This document shows, piece after piece, positions 1 through 11,516 of a stretch of 64,000 nt of DNA. Origin of the DNA: Mobula hypostoma (taxonomy: Eukaryota); assembly GCF_963921235.1 (NCBI RefSeq), contig NC_086108.1, positions 58,344,001 through 58,408,000 of the forward strand. The letters run 5' to 3'. The translations under genes and the position numbers were made by a program. Positions within the stretch are counted from its first letter, which is position 1, and every line of letters starts with the position of its first letter. Under the pieces are notes generated by a model, which saw only the letters and a program-made list of their open reading frames with translations, was not told the origin of the DNA and did no database searches.

Positions 1-56
1 TTTGTATAATTCATATTCTTTTGCTGAGTATTCAACAAAGTGCTTTTTTAAAACAG

Positions 57-185
57 GCGTTCCAGGAGTAGGTCTAGAAGGCGTTCACATTCAAAGTCTA
101 GAAGCAGGCGGCGATCACGAAGTCCAAGACGAAGGAGGTCACGCTCAAGGGAGCGGAGGAGGTCTAGGAGTATATCAAAGCCAAG
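57..185 (+). CDS. SRSF11: SRSF11 internal coding exon (RS domain)
   Basis: Acceptor aaacag|G at 56/57. Translates RSRSRSRRRSHSKSRSRRRSRSPRRRRSRSRERRRSRSISKPR, matching the vertebrate SRSF11 RS region as I recall it. Phase-2 donor AG|gtcttt is weak but frame-consistent. Confidence 0.88.
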
Positions 186-324
186 GTCTTTAATCTTGCA
201 ATATTCTTGTCATGTATTGATTTTCTTTATTATATATTACTGAATCAGTAATAATTTTCAGATGGTTTTGTGTAATACAAGCTATTTTTGAGCATGAGCT
301 TTGTATTTCTTGCATATGTTTTAG

Positions 325-408
325 GGAAAAAAAGAAGGAAGAGAAGAAAAGATCCAAAACACCACCTAAAAGCTACAGCACAGCCAGGCGGTCTCGCAGC
401 CCCAGTAG
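325..408 (+). CDS. SRSF11: SRSF11 coding exon
   Basis: ttttag|G ... AG|gtatgc, 84 nt. EKKKEEKKRSKTPPKSYSTARRSRSPSR; KRSKTPPKSYSTARRSRS is an SRSF11 signature. Confidence 0.95.
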
Positions 409-1052
409 GTATGCATGAATGTGTACTTTATGGAAAGCTACTTTTGTTTTGGAAATGCTGGTAAAGAGGAAGAGGATTTGGCTCTTCCTGCAGTTTAGTT
501 GGCTTTTGGTCTATGCAGCACTTCTCGCTTCACAAGATGAAGGCAAAGTACCACAGTATTTAGTAGACTTCTAAGAAATGTGTCACGATTATATACAACA
601 AAATTCAGTTGAGTCTTACTTTGCACTGTTTTGGCATAGGATATTGAGGTTTCAGTGTGTAAGAGAGTATATTTTCCAGAGTGCTTTTAAATTGAATATT
701 TATAGAAATGCTATCTTCTCATAAACCTAAACAACTAAACTCCCTTCCTTTTCAATCTTAATTTTTAAATCTGAAATATTTTGAAATAACAATTCATGGC
801 ATAATTGTAGAAATGATGCATTTCAAATGAAGAAGTAGGTTTATTTTTGAAACAATCATTGATAATTTCTATTATTCTTAGATTTAATTTTACAGCATTT
901 CTTTAATCGGTTTCAGTTTTTTAAAAGATACTTTGCTCCAAGAAAACTTGATAGATTTAGAAGCTATTTAATATATGGCAGTTCAAATAAATGGAGATTT
1001 ATTTTAATGGTTGTTGAATTGTATAATTAAGATGTTTCCTTTATTTTGTCAG

Positions 1053-1172
1053 AGACAGAGAACGAGAGCGAGAAAGAGAACGGAGACGTAGAAGAAGTAG
1101 ATCTATTTCAAGGTCTCCAAAGAAATCAAGATCGCCTAAACGTAAACTTTCACGGTCACCATCTCCTCGAAG
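1053..1172 (+). CDS. SRSF11: SRSF11 coding exon
   Basis: ttttgtcag|A ... AG|gtaaat, 120 nt. DRERERERERRRRRSRSISRSPKKSRSPKRKLSRSPSPRR. An in-frame alternative CAG ends at 1058. Confidence 0.9.
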
Positions 1173-1496
1173 GTAAATTTTTGAGACTTGACTTTGAGCT
1201 TTCTATGGCTTTTATAACGTGTTACTTGTTGACATAGTGATGTGTCTAAACTGTTTACCACGGCAAATCTTTGTGAAACTCTACTTTTGTTGCGGTTTGG
1301 ATTAACAGTGGAATTGTTGATTGTGGGGCAGTACTGAATTGCAGTAATGCTACTTCACGTGAGCTAACATTTTTCAATATATTTCTCCAAATGATTGGAG
1401 AAATCTTTTTGAATGATAGATTAAGGACTTAACCTCTTCTGCTTTCCTTTACCTCTTTCTCCTGTGCTTGAAGATGTTCATTGACTTATTTTCCAG

Positions 1497-1650
1497 GCAT
1501 AAGAAAGAAAAGAAGAAGGACAAAGACAGAGACCGGAGCAGGGAAGTAGAGGAGAGGGAGAGGTCATCAAGCAAAAAGAAAAAGAGCAAGGATAAAGAGC
1601 GGGAGAAAGAAAAGGAAAAAAAGGCAGAAGGTGAAAAGGGTGATGTGAAG
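1497..1650 (+). CDS. SRSF11: SRSF11 penultimate coding exon
   Basis: ttccag|G ... AAG|gtaaat. HKKEKKKDKDRDRSREVEERERSSSKKKKSKDKEREKEKEKKAEGEKGDVK (part of ORF 1468..1689). Confidence 0.93.
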
Positions 1651-1754
1651 GTAAATTTAAATTTGGAACTATACCGTATTAGAAGGTGAACTACACTAGG
1701 CCAAGTAATTGGGTACATGTTTGTTAATGTAAATATCTAATCTGTCGATTATTT

Positions 1755-2190
1755 ACAGCCAGTCAGTGCATAAAAGCATGCAGATATGATTGAGGTTTAG
1801 TTGTCTAGACCAAGCATCAGAATGGGGAAGAACTGTGATCTAAGGGACTTTAACTGTGGAATTGTTGGTGCCAGATGGGGTGGTTTGAATCTCAAAAATT
1901 GTTGATCACTTAGGATTTACACACATAACTATCTGTAATTTACAGAGCCTCTTGTGAAAAATAAAAGGCATCTAGTGAGCAACAGTTCAGTGGGTAAAAA
2001 TGTCTTATTAACAAGAGAGGTCAGAGGAGAATGGCCAGACTGTTTCGAGCTGACACAGATGACAGTAGCTCAGATAATCACACTTTACAACAGTGGTGTG
2101 CAGTAAAACATCTCTGACTGGATGGGCTGCACCAGCAGAACAACACACTGGATTCAATGCCTGTACCTAATAAAGTGGCCACTGAGTGTA
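1755..2190 (+). mobile_element. Tc1-like DNA transposon remnant in the last SRSF11 intron
   Basis: Decayed transposase-like start (ATGGGGAAGAACTGTGATCTAAGGGACTTT, MGKNCDLRDF) and a TIR-like end TGTACCTAATAAAGTGGCCACTGAGTG followed by TA. No left TIR seen. Confidence 0.7.
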
Positions 2191-2305
2191 GTTTTATATG
2201 CTTACCTTGTTTTTATCATTCCAGTTCTATGGGGAATGCAGATATCAAAGCAGATGTTTTTACCTGGGTTGGTTTATTGAATTTGAGTGTTCTCCACTGA
2301 TGCAG

Positions 2306-2509
2306 GTGACAAGAGATTATGATGAAGAGGAGCAAGGATATGACAGTGAAAAAGAAAAAAAGGAAGAACAGCGAGTTTCAGAATCTGGGACATCCCCAAA
2401 GCTGAAAGAGTTAGCACAAGAAACTGACAAGGGAAGTACAGATATAGTGAAAGAGTCAAAAGTCAATGGTGATGATCATCATGAAGAAGATATGGACATG
2501 AGTGAATAA
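2306..2509 (+). CDS. SRSF11: SRSF11 terminal coding exon
   Basis: tgcag|GTG. VTRDYDEEEQGYDSEKEKKEE...KESKVNGDDHHEEDMDMSE*, the characteristic SRSF11 C-terminus. Confidence 0.96.
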   Translation: MTRDYDEEEQGYDSEKEKKEEQRVSESGTSPKLKELAQETDKGSTDIVKESKVNGDDHHEEDMDMSE

Positions 2510-3200
2510 ATTTAGTGTAACCTGATTTATATTCCTAATGTGAAGTGATTATTTTTAGCAGTGCTTTCTCTCAGAATTGAAGTGTCGCCCTTCTATTATA
2601 TTTTCTACAGTTACAGAAAGTGGTGACATTGGCACCTGCCTTGCCACAGTTTGTGAAAGAGGTGTACAGATAACTTGGTTCAGGAAGTGAACTGCACTTC
2701 TTATAGCATCAGATTGGTGTGCCAGTAAGAAGCTTTTTTTCTGAAATGTATGCAGGGATCTCCTTTGACAAGAGTAGGAACCTCAGAAATGTGTAATTTT
2801 TGTTTAAAGAGACTCAATCAATATTGATGTAGATAGTTATATATCCTATGAACCTTGTGACTGTAGATTTGAGTTCCAGTAGTTAACTGTTTATTTGCTT
2901 TTAATTATAAGTGACTGTCTGCTTTTTGTATGTACCTTTACTAAATAAAGTTCTTTGGTATTCCCTGCTCTTCAACTTATCACTTGTATCACCCATTGTT
3001 CACAAAAGATGGCATTTGCCCAACTTGATTTATTGTGCAACGTCTTGTGAAGAAAAATAAGCTTTCTTTATCTTGATGCTGACAGGTCTACCAGGTTAGC
3101 AATTTTGCCTGCAGTATGTGCTGTTGTCTTGTACAGTTTATGAGAACAATTTCTGTTTTACATGGTAGCTTTCATAATAAAAGCTGTTTTAAAGCCTGGG
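2510..3200 (+). other. SRSF11: SRSF11 3' UTR with candidate poly(A) signals AATAAA at 2944-2949 and 3176-3181
   Basis: Repeat-free AT-rich stretch after the stop; both hexamers are followed by T-rich sequence. The true end is not determinable. Confidence 0.6.
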
Positions 3201-3574
3201 TTTGATCCCCATTATTTTACTTCAGATTTTTTTTGATCCTTCAAGGGGGAATTCAATGTCTTGAATTTAAATACAGAAAATTTAGAAATTTTTCATTTTG
3301 AACATTCACATTTTAAATGTTTTATTTTCAGCCTCCAATCTTTGTTTCTTTTGAGACTGAAGCTGTAGGGAGCAATATGCTGGCCCGCATATTAACAGAA
3401 CCACGCTACTGTTTATCATTCCTTGGATTCCAGAAATTGAGCTGCTAGTTACAGCAGAATTCTAACTTGGCCCACCCTCTCCTGTCAGCATTACTCTCCA
3501 CAAACTAGATGTTAATACTTCTCTAGCAGGCAGGCAAACCCACATTCATCTGATTAAATGTTAGGTCTTAAGCA

Positions 3575-4265
3575 ACAGACATAGCAGAATTAGGTAATTC
3601 AATCCATCAATTCTGTCATTTCCCTCAACTATTTGATGTCCTCACAACCTATTGACCTCTGCTTTAAATTGTAGGGAATGGCTTAGCACCCACAATTTAT
3701 TATTTTTATTTAGATAAGAGCACAGAACAGACCCAATGAGTCGCAGTACCCAACATCAACTTATTATAACTAGCCTAATCACAGGACTATTTACAATGAC
3801 CAATTAACCTACTAGCAGGTACATCTGGACTGGGGAGAAAACTCACATGGTCACAGGAGAATATATAAACTTAACACTAGAATTGAACTTCAACTCCTGT
3901 GCTGTACTAACATGACACAATGCACAGATTCACTGCCCTGTGGCTGAAGATATTGCTCATCTGTTCTAAAGGACTGTAATCTGGTCCTAGACTCTCCCAC
4001 TATTGGAAGTGTCTTCTCCACATCCATACCATCTAGCCTTCCAATATTCTGTATTATTCAATGAGATCCACCCCACCCCAGCAAGTACAGCCCAGAACCA
4101 TCAAATGCTCCTCGTACATTCTATTCCTGGAATTCTCAAACTTCCTCTGGAGACTCCAATTAACTCACCATTTAGAAAATAATCTACCATTATTTCTTCT
4201 ACCAAAGTGATAACCATACACTTTGCCACTGTATTCCATCTGCCACTTTGCAGACTTCACTTCCT
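3575..4265 (-). mobile_element. Old CR1 3' fragment interrupted by a decayed V-SINE-like insertion (~3700-3920)
   Basis: Flanks resemble the 3' ends of other CR1 copies in the window. The insert contains ACTCACATGGTCACAGGAGAATATATAAACT, resembling a V-SINE central domain. Confidence 0.5.
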
Positions 4266-4540
4266 CATTCTTTCATGTAACTTATTCATAAAAGGGAATA
4301 TATTGAAATTTCAAAATCCACATTCTTTAACTTGGCCTCAGCTGCTTAACTTTTTTTGTGCAGCTGTAGATTTCCTATCATACAATTTTATTTTATGTGC
4401 CTCTTGCAGCATCTTTTAAATATATATGAAAAATATAACTTCACTTTCATAAATGTTTGTCTACATCTTTTTTTGGACAGCAAAACTATCTTGATGTATT
4501 TTACATTGGTAAGCTTAGCAATTTTTATTAGTTTTTTTTT

Positions 4541-7400
4541 CAATAGACAATAGGTGCAGTAGGCCATTCGACCCTTCAAGCCAGCACCGCCATTCACTGT
4601 GATCGTGGCTGATCATCCACAATCAGTATCCAGTTCCTGCCTTATCCCCATAACCATTGATTCTGCTATCTTTAGAGCTCTCTCCATCTCTTTCTTGAAA
4701 GCATCCAGAGACTTGGCCTCCACAGCCTTCTGGGGCAGAGCATTCCATATATCCACCATTCTCTGGGTGAAAAAGTTTTTCCTCAACTCCGTTCTAAATG
4801 GCCTACCCCTTATTAAACTGTGGCCTCTGGTTCTGGACTCACCCATCAGCGGGAACATGCTTCCTGCCTCCAGTGTGTCCAATCCCTTAATAATCTTATA
4901 TGTTTCAATAATATCCCCTCTCAGCCTTCTAAATTCCAGAGTATACAAGCCCAGTCGCTCCGATCTTTTGACATATGACAGTCCCGCCATTCCGAGAATT
5001 AACCTTGTGAACCTATGCTGCACTCCCTCAATAGCAAGAATGTCCTTCCTCAAATTTGGAGACCAAAACTGCACACAGTACTCCAGGTGTGGTCTCACCA
5101 GGGCCCTGTACAGCTGCAGAAGGATCTCTTTGCTCTTATACTCAATTCCCCTTGATATGAAGGCCAGCATGCCAGCTTTCTTCACTGGCTGCTGTACTTG
5201 CATCCTTGCTTTCAGTGACTTGTGTACAAGAACACCTAGATCTCATAGTTCCCCTTTCCCTAACTTGACTCCATTTAGATAGTAATCTGCCTTCCTGTTC
5301 TTACTACCAAAGTGGATAACCTCACATTTATCCACATTAAACTGCATCTGCCCACTTACCCAGCCTGTCCAAGTCACCCTGCATTCTCGTAACATCCTCC
5401 TCACATTTCACACTGCCACCCAGTTTTGTGTCATCGGCAAATTTGCTAATGTTACTAAATCATTAATATATATTGTAAACAGCTGCGGTCCCAGCACTGA
5501 ACCCTGCGGTACCCCACTGGTCACCCCTGCCATTCTGAAAGGGACGCATTAATCGCTACTCTTTGTTTTCTGTCAGCCAGCCAATTTTCAATCCATGTCA
5601 GTATTCTGCCCCCAAAACCATGTGCCCTAATTTTGCTCACTAATCTCCTATGTGGGACTTTATCAAAGGCTTTCTGAAAGTCCAGGTACACTACACCCAC
5701 TGGCCCTCCCTTGTCCATTTTCATAGTTAAATCCTCAAAAAATTCCAGATTAGTCAAGCACGATTTCCCCTTCGTAAATCCATGCTGACTCAGACTGATC
5801 CTGTTACTGCTATCCAGATGTGTTGTAATTTCCACATTTTATAATTGACTCCAGCATCTTTCCCACCACCAATGTCAGGCTAACTGGTCTATAATTCTGT
5901 TTTTTCTCTTCCTCCCTTCTTGAAGAGAGGGACATTAGCCACCCTCCAATCCACAGGAACTGGTCTTGAATCTATAGAACATTGGAAAATGATTACCAAT
6001 GCATCCACGATTTCTAAAGCCAGCTCCTTAAGTACCCTTGGATGCAGACCATCAGGTCCTGGGGACTTATCAGCCTTCAGACCCAACAGTCAATCCAACA
6101 CCATTTCCTGCCTAATATAAATTTCCTTCAGTTCATCCATTACCCTAGGTCCTTTGGCCACTAATATATCTGGGAGATTAGATCTGTCTTCACCAGGGAA
6201 GACACAAAGTACCTGTTCAACGCATCTGCCATTTCCTTGTTCCCCATAATAAATTCACCCGCTTCTGTCTTCAAGGGCCCAATTTTGGTTTTAACTATTT
6301 TTTTCCTTTTCACATACCTAAAGAAGCTTTTACTATCCTCCTTCATATTTTTGGCTAGTTTACCTTTGTACCTCATTTTTTCTCCACGTATTGCCTTTTT
6401 AGTTACCTTCTGTTGCTCTTTAAAAGTTTCCCAATCCTCCAGCTTCCCACTCATCTTTGCTATGTTATACTACTCTTTTATTTTTATACTGTCCATTGCT
6501 TCCCTCGTCAGCCACAGCCTCCCCTTAGGATCTTTCTTCCTCTTTGGAATGAACTGATCCTGCACCTTCCGCATTATTCCCAGAAACACTTGCCATTGCT
6601 GTTCCACTGTCATCCCTGCTAGGGTATTGTGCCATTGAACTTTGGCCAGCTCCTCTCTCACAGCAACACAGTTCCCTTTGTTCAACTGTAATACTGACAC
6701 TTCCGAGTTTCCCTTCTCCCTCTCAAATTGTAGATTAAAACTTACCATATTATGGTAACTAACTCCTAATGGCTCCTTTACCTTGAGGTCCCTGATCAAA
6801 TCCAGTTCATTGCACAACACTAAATCTAGAATTGCATTCTCTCTGGTAGGCTCCAGTACAAGCTGTTCTGAGAATCCATCTCAGAGGGACTCCACAAACT
6901 CCCTTTCTTGGGGTTCAGTACCAACCTGATTCCTCCAGTCTACCTGCATGTTGAAATCCCCCATAACAACCGTAGCATTACCTTTGCGACATGCCAATTT
7001 TAACTCTTGATTCAACTTACACCCTACATCCAGACTACTGTTTGGGGGCCTGTAGATAACTCCCATTAGGGTCTTTCTACCCTTAGAATTTCTCAGTTCT
7101 ATCCATACTGACTCTACGTCTCCTGATTCTATGTCCCCCCTCACAAGGGACTGAATATCATTCCTCACCCACAGCGCCACCCCACCCCCTCTGCCCATCA
7201 GTTTGTCCTTTCAATAGGACGTATACCCTCGAACATTCATTTCTCAGGCCCTGTCTACTTGAAGCCATGTCTCTGTTATTCCCGCAACATCATACTTACC
7301 AATTTCCAACTGTGCCTCAAGCTCATCCACTTTATTTCTTATACTCCGCGCATTCATATATACTTTTAATTCATTACTCCCCTCACCTCCCATATTAATT
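4541..7400 (-). mobile_element. CR1 LINE ORF2 (endonuclease + RT), frameshifted, intergenic
   Basis: Minus-strand ORF pieces: YMNARSIRNK..ITETWL, GVIYRPPNS..MGDFN, KSPGPDGLHPRVLKE, YLDFQKAFDKVPH, RPHLEYCVQFWSP. Ends in a short (CTATTGT) tandem tail. Confidence 0.93.
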
Positions 7401-7766
7401 CCTGTTAACTGGTAGCATAATACCTTGAGTTTCACTTCACTGCACCTATAGACATTCACTCTTGCATACAAATTAGCTAGGCATCCTCTTAATCTGTGCT
7501 GTATCACTAAATAAATTGGGATACTGATAATATGGATAAGTAACAAGGCCTTTACATTATCCATGTAATGACTGACTCATTCCACAAAACTTAGTACTGA
7601 ACTGCAAAAGGGACAGTGAATATTGTTTTAATAGATCTTTGTGCATTTAGGAAATACAATTTGTATTGCATTAGAAGATGTGATGGACACATCATGATGA
7701 TTGAGGGTCAATAAGTGTTGATGACTGCAACCAAATTAGATTTCCAAAGTTTTAACCTAAATGATA

Positions 7767-7905
7767 TACACAAAATTCTGCAGATGCTGCCACCCAGAGT
7801 TACACAAAATTCTGGAGCAACTCAGCAGGTCAAATTCTATGGAAAGGAATAAGCAGTCAACATTTTGGGCTAAGACTCATCAGGACTGGAAAGAAAGGAA
7901 GATGC
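7767..7905 (-). mobile_element. Penelope-like terminal fragment with decayed hammerhead motif (7854-7888)
   Basis: Reverse complement reads CAGTC-CTGATGA-GTCTTAGCCC-AAAAT-GTT-GACTG; flanks match the 3' end of the Penelope element at 38700-38847. Confidence 0.75.
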
Positions 7906-9629
7906 AGCTAAATTTCTGAACCAACAAAGGGGGGTGGAAATGCCTTGCCCCTCAACATCTCCTATAACTCCATCTTTATAGATGTATGTCTTCTATTTTT
8001 ATTCACTGTACCTTGGTGTAAACGACAAATTAATCTGAAATGCAGAGAAATGAAGTGGGATGCTTCATTAGTATTACTACCCACACCAATGTAGCTTTGG
8101 GGCACATCAGTCCTTCCCAAATCAGTTACTTAGTACTTGTAAATAGCAGGACAGCAGACAAATGAAGCAATCTTGAGGCACAGACCCCAAATTGGATTAC
8201 ACATATTTTATTGTTGCAGGAACTATATGACCAATAAAATTCTCAATCATAAAATGGAGACAGCTAAAATGAATACCTGGGACAAAATGCTCAAACAGGC
8301 TGAAATTATTAAAAGCAGTAGATTGTGGCAGTATAACACTTTTTAGCATCCAAGGGATTAAGGCAGCAATTTCAGGGAACATATGTTTACAGAGTGAATG
8401 GAAATCATATTATTTAAGGATATAAACTGTGGTTTGGTCTATTCGATGACTTAAATACATATAATTCCATATGAAATTTTAGTTAAGAACCAGTTATGAA
8501 ACTTTTCCAGGAAAAATCCAACATTGTTTCAAAGGTGACCCAAGTCCAAGCAGATCAACCAAGATATTTTTGTGAACATGATCCAAAGGCAAGTACCCAG
8601 CTGAGTATAAATGACAGCGCAGATGCTGTCCAATGTTAGTCACTGGAAATGGCAAAGTATTCCAACCATGCATGATTTTGATAAGCACAAATACTCATTT
8701 AAAGAAATTTATGACAAGAGTATGATATCTGATGCTTTAATATATTGCTTGTAACATTAGAGGATTGATAAAGTTGATTGGATAAACTGTGGAAAGTGTT
8801 CAAATACCAGGCAATCCGAAGGAGTAGAATAGAAACCGATCAGAATTTTAAAAAAAAACCAATAGAGTAAATGCAAGTGATAATAAACCTGATTCTGAAA
8901 ATGTAAATTAGCTTGAGGGTCAATAAGATGCATTTTTCAAGTCCAAGGAGAGAGAGAAAAGATACATAATGATCAGGTAAGGAGATTGATTATTGGGTGT
9001 GACAAACTGTATTGCTGCAAGTTCTATAATAAACAGAGACTGCATGAACAACAAAAAAATCTAACAGATAGATGCAGACGGATTACTTACCAATAATACT
9101 GATTGTTTCTACAAACAGGGATCTAAATCAGGCCAAAGGTTTTTTATTCCTTTCTACTTTTGGTGCAAGTATCTATGCATTATTTGTTCCTCCTCATTCA
9201 CACCTAATAAAACAAAGTAAATGGTCTATTCCAAAGTTTGTTACTTAAAGTCAAACAGATGCACCAGACTACACTCAAGAGTCTTAAAGTGCTCCTTTTT
9301 CCTTATATGGAAAAGCTTTTAGGATTGGCTTATATACTTCTCCACAACTACCCATTGTGAATATAAGACACTTCGCCACAAGGCATCAACTTCATAGACC
9401 CAGTGGATTAATTTAGTTCAATTAAGAAAAAAGCAGCAACAAGCAAGTCTAATTATATAATTTTTTTAATGGTAAATACAATTAGGAAAAATACAATTAG
9501 ATGAAAAAAATCACTCAAAATGAATCATAACTGAACAAGTCTTCGATAGTAACAATAGTTACTAAATTTATGCTAATTTCTCAGTCTTTATAAAAGTTCT
9601 AAAAACAATTTAAAGAAAACAAGCACAAA

Positions 9630-11302
9630 TGCACTGGATTTTTAAACTATATTTATTTGTACAAAGCACATTTGGTAAACAACTTTGCTAGATCATATCA
9701 ATACCATAAGATATTGATATATAATAATATGATACTTTATCTTTAAAAACTCTAGTCATCCAATTTAATATTTTCATATCATGACGTGTTTAATCATTGC
9801 TTCATGCTCCCATCTTTGTAAGTATTGAGGAAAGATTCTAATAATTTTTGAAATGTTATTTTTTTACACAACCTTTCAAGTAAAGAGTACAATAAAATTC
9901 CCTGCAATTAACTTGTAATGTCTAAGACTTGAAGGGAATTGCAAACCTCACACGGTCAGCAGTCATGAATAAGACAAATATATCAATTAAAAGGTAAGAA
10001 ATGTCACATAACTCAGGCTATAAATGAGTCACATTTCTCTGTTCCACAAGTGAGGTAGCCTTCAGACAATTCTCACCTGGATAATCCTATTTCATCTTTC
10101 AATGTGGTTATACAAGCTTCTAACTTTAAAACTGAAAAGAGTATTTTGAAAGAAATATTTACTTTTGTGGTTATATACAGTGCATCAATTAAACTGGAAC
10201 AATTCTATTCACCACAAAACAATTGTTTGGATGAACAGTAACTGCAAAACATTTGGATTTTATTAGTTTTTAAAAAATATTTTATACAAAAAATACTTCA
10301 AAATTGTGTAGAGTTGTGAATTGAATTGAATACAACAACATTTCCCATCAGCTGAAGCCTAGCTGTGTATTTACACAAAGTTTTCCCCACATGGAAAAGG
10401 TTAGGAATCATCACTATTCAACAGAAATTGACTGGCCATTTGTGTTGTCATCAGGGATAATTATCATCAGACATAGCTAAACAATGTAGTACTACATTAT
10501 ATCCAAACAGACTTTTAAATCTTGCTGGAAGTTCCATGCAATTCCAGTTGAAGTAGTCCATTTGTGAGTACCACTACTTTGAAATCTTGCTGCACATTGA
10601 TTCTTTTTAAATACAGTAATTGCTGTTACATCAAAAACTATGTTTCCCTTATGGAATCTTGTAATGCTAATTAAACAAAATTCAACTGTAAAACAAACCA
10701 TCATCTTTCCCTGGACAACCATCATATAGTACACTGAACATTCCCTCTGACTGAAGGATATTCTTTAAGAACAGATCTTCTGTTTTTGCTGAAACTTGTA
10801 AAACTAAAATAATGTAGTTATAATAGTGTTTTAAAAAACTAATATCACAAAAAGTACACAAAAATGGAGTGACAAATAAATATAAAAATCATAACAGACC
10901 AATTCTGGAAACAAGTGAAGCAGCAGCTTGATGTTTTAGGAAGTAACTGGCATGCATTCTCTAATAGTTTCCTCTTTTCATGTAGTCAATTTTTCAGGGT
11001 ATATATTCTCTGAAAATTTTAGCAACCAGATGATATTTATATGTATAGTGAAGAGTTATTTTACAAATAGAACATTTTGAATTTAAAATCAGGAATTTAA
11101 TAAAAGGACTTTACAAATTAACAAAAAGCCATATAATCTATTTCTGTAAGACTTTACATTCTTCCACTTAGGAATGCTCTAAAACTTCTCCAAATGATAG
11201 CTTTGTATCACCAAGGAAGAAAGATGTTAAATTCATGAAGGGGGAAAATAAGCACACAGCACCTTGTACTTCTCTTCATCCAATCATAACCAGGCTGCCA
11301 GA
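9630..11302 (-). other. ANKRD13C: ANKRD13C 3' UTR; candidate poly(A) signal AATAAA at 9652-9657 (minus), possible distal ATTAAA at 9465-9470
   Basis: Repeat-free AU-rich stretch after the TGA; minus strand reads TGTACAAATAAA followed by TG-rich sequence. Confidence 0.6.
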
Positions 11303-11433
11303 TCAAAGTTCAGGGAAACGGCTGGGGTCCTCAGTATAGTCTCTTGGAATATTGAAGATTGAGTCATCAAACCCATCATAACGGAATTCCTGAAATGTCA
11401 CAGTGGCAGTGATGGTTGGAAACACAGGTATGT
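11303..11433 (-). CDS. ANKRD13C: ANKRD13C terminal coding exon
   Basis: gtccag|AC ATA CCT... (D)IPVFPTITATVTFQEFRYDGFDDSIFNIPRDYTEDPSRFPEL*, matching the ANKRD13C C-terminus. Confidence 0.95.
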
Positions 11434-11516
11434 CTGGACAAAAACAAAGCAGATTAGTTCACATTGATCATCTGTAAGTAAAATTGTTCGATCCAAATTC
11501 AGATTTGTTATAAGAG

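Noticed and set aside
170..175. Alternative SRSF11 donor GTATAT, or a U12-type intron
   Set aside because: It would break the frame with the next exon, and no GTATCCTT/ATATCCTT U12 donor is present at any mapped junction.
1236..1340. Possible intronic C/D box snoRNA (GTGATGT ... CTGA)
   Set aside because: Imperfect C box, no terminal stem and no recognisable rRNA/snRNA guide.
1449..1718. Minus-strand Ser/Phe/Leu-rich ORF
   Set aside because: Reverse complement of the purine-rich SRSF11 exon.
4599..5282. Long ORFs opposite CR1 coding strands (4599-5282, 12244-12582, 13801-14217, 19257-19697)
   Set aside because: Antisense shadows of CR1 ORF2 with no independent protein features.
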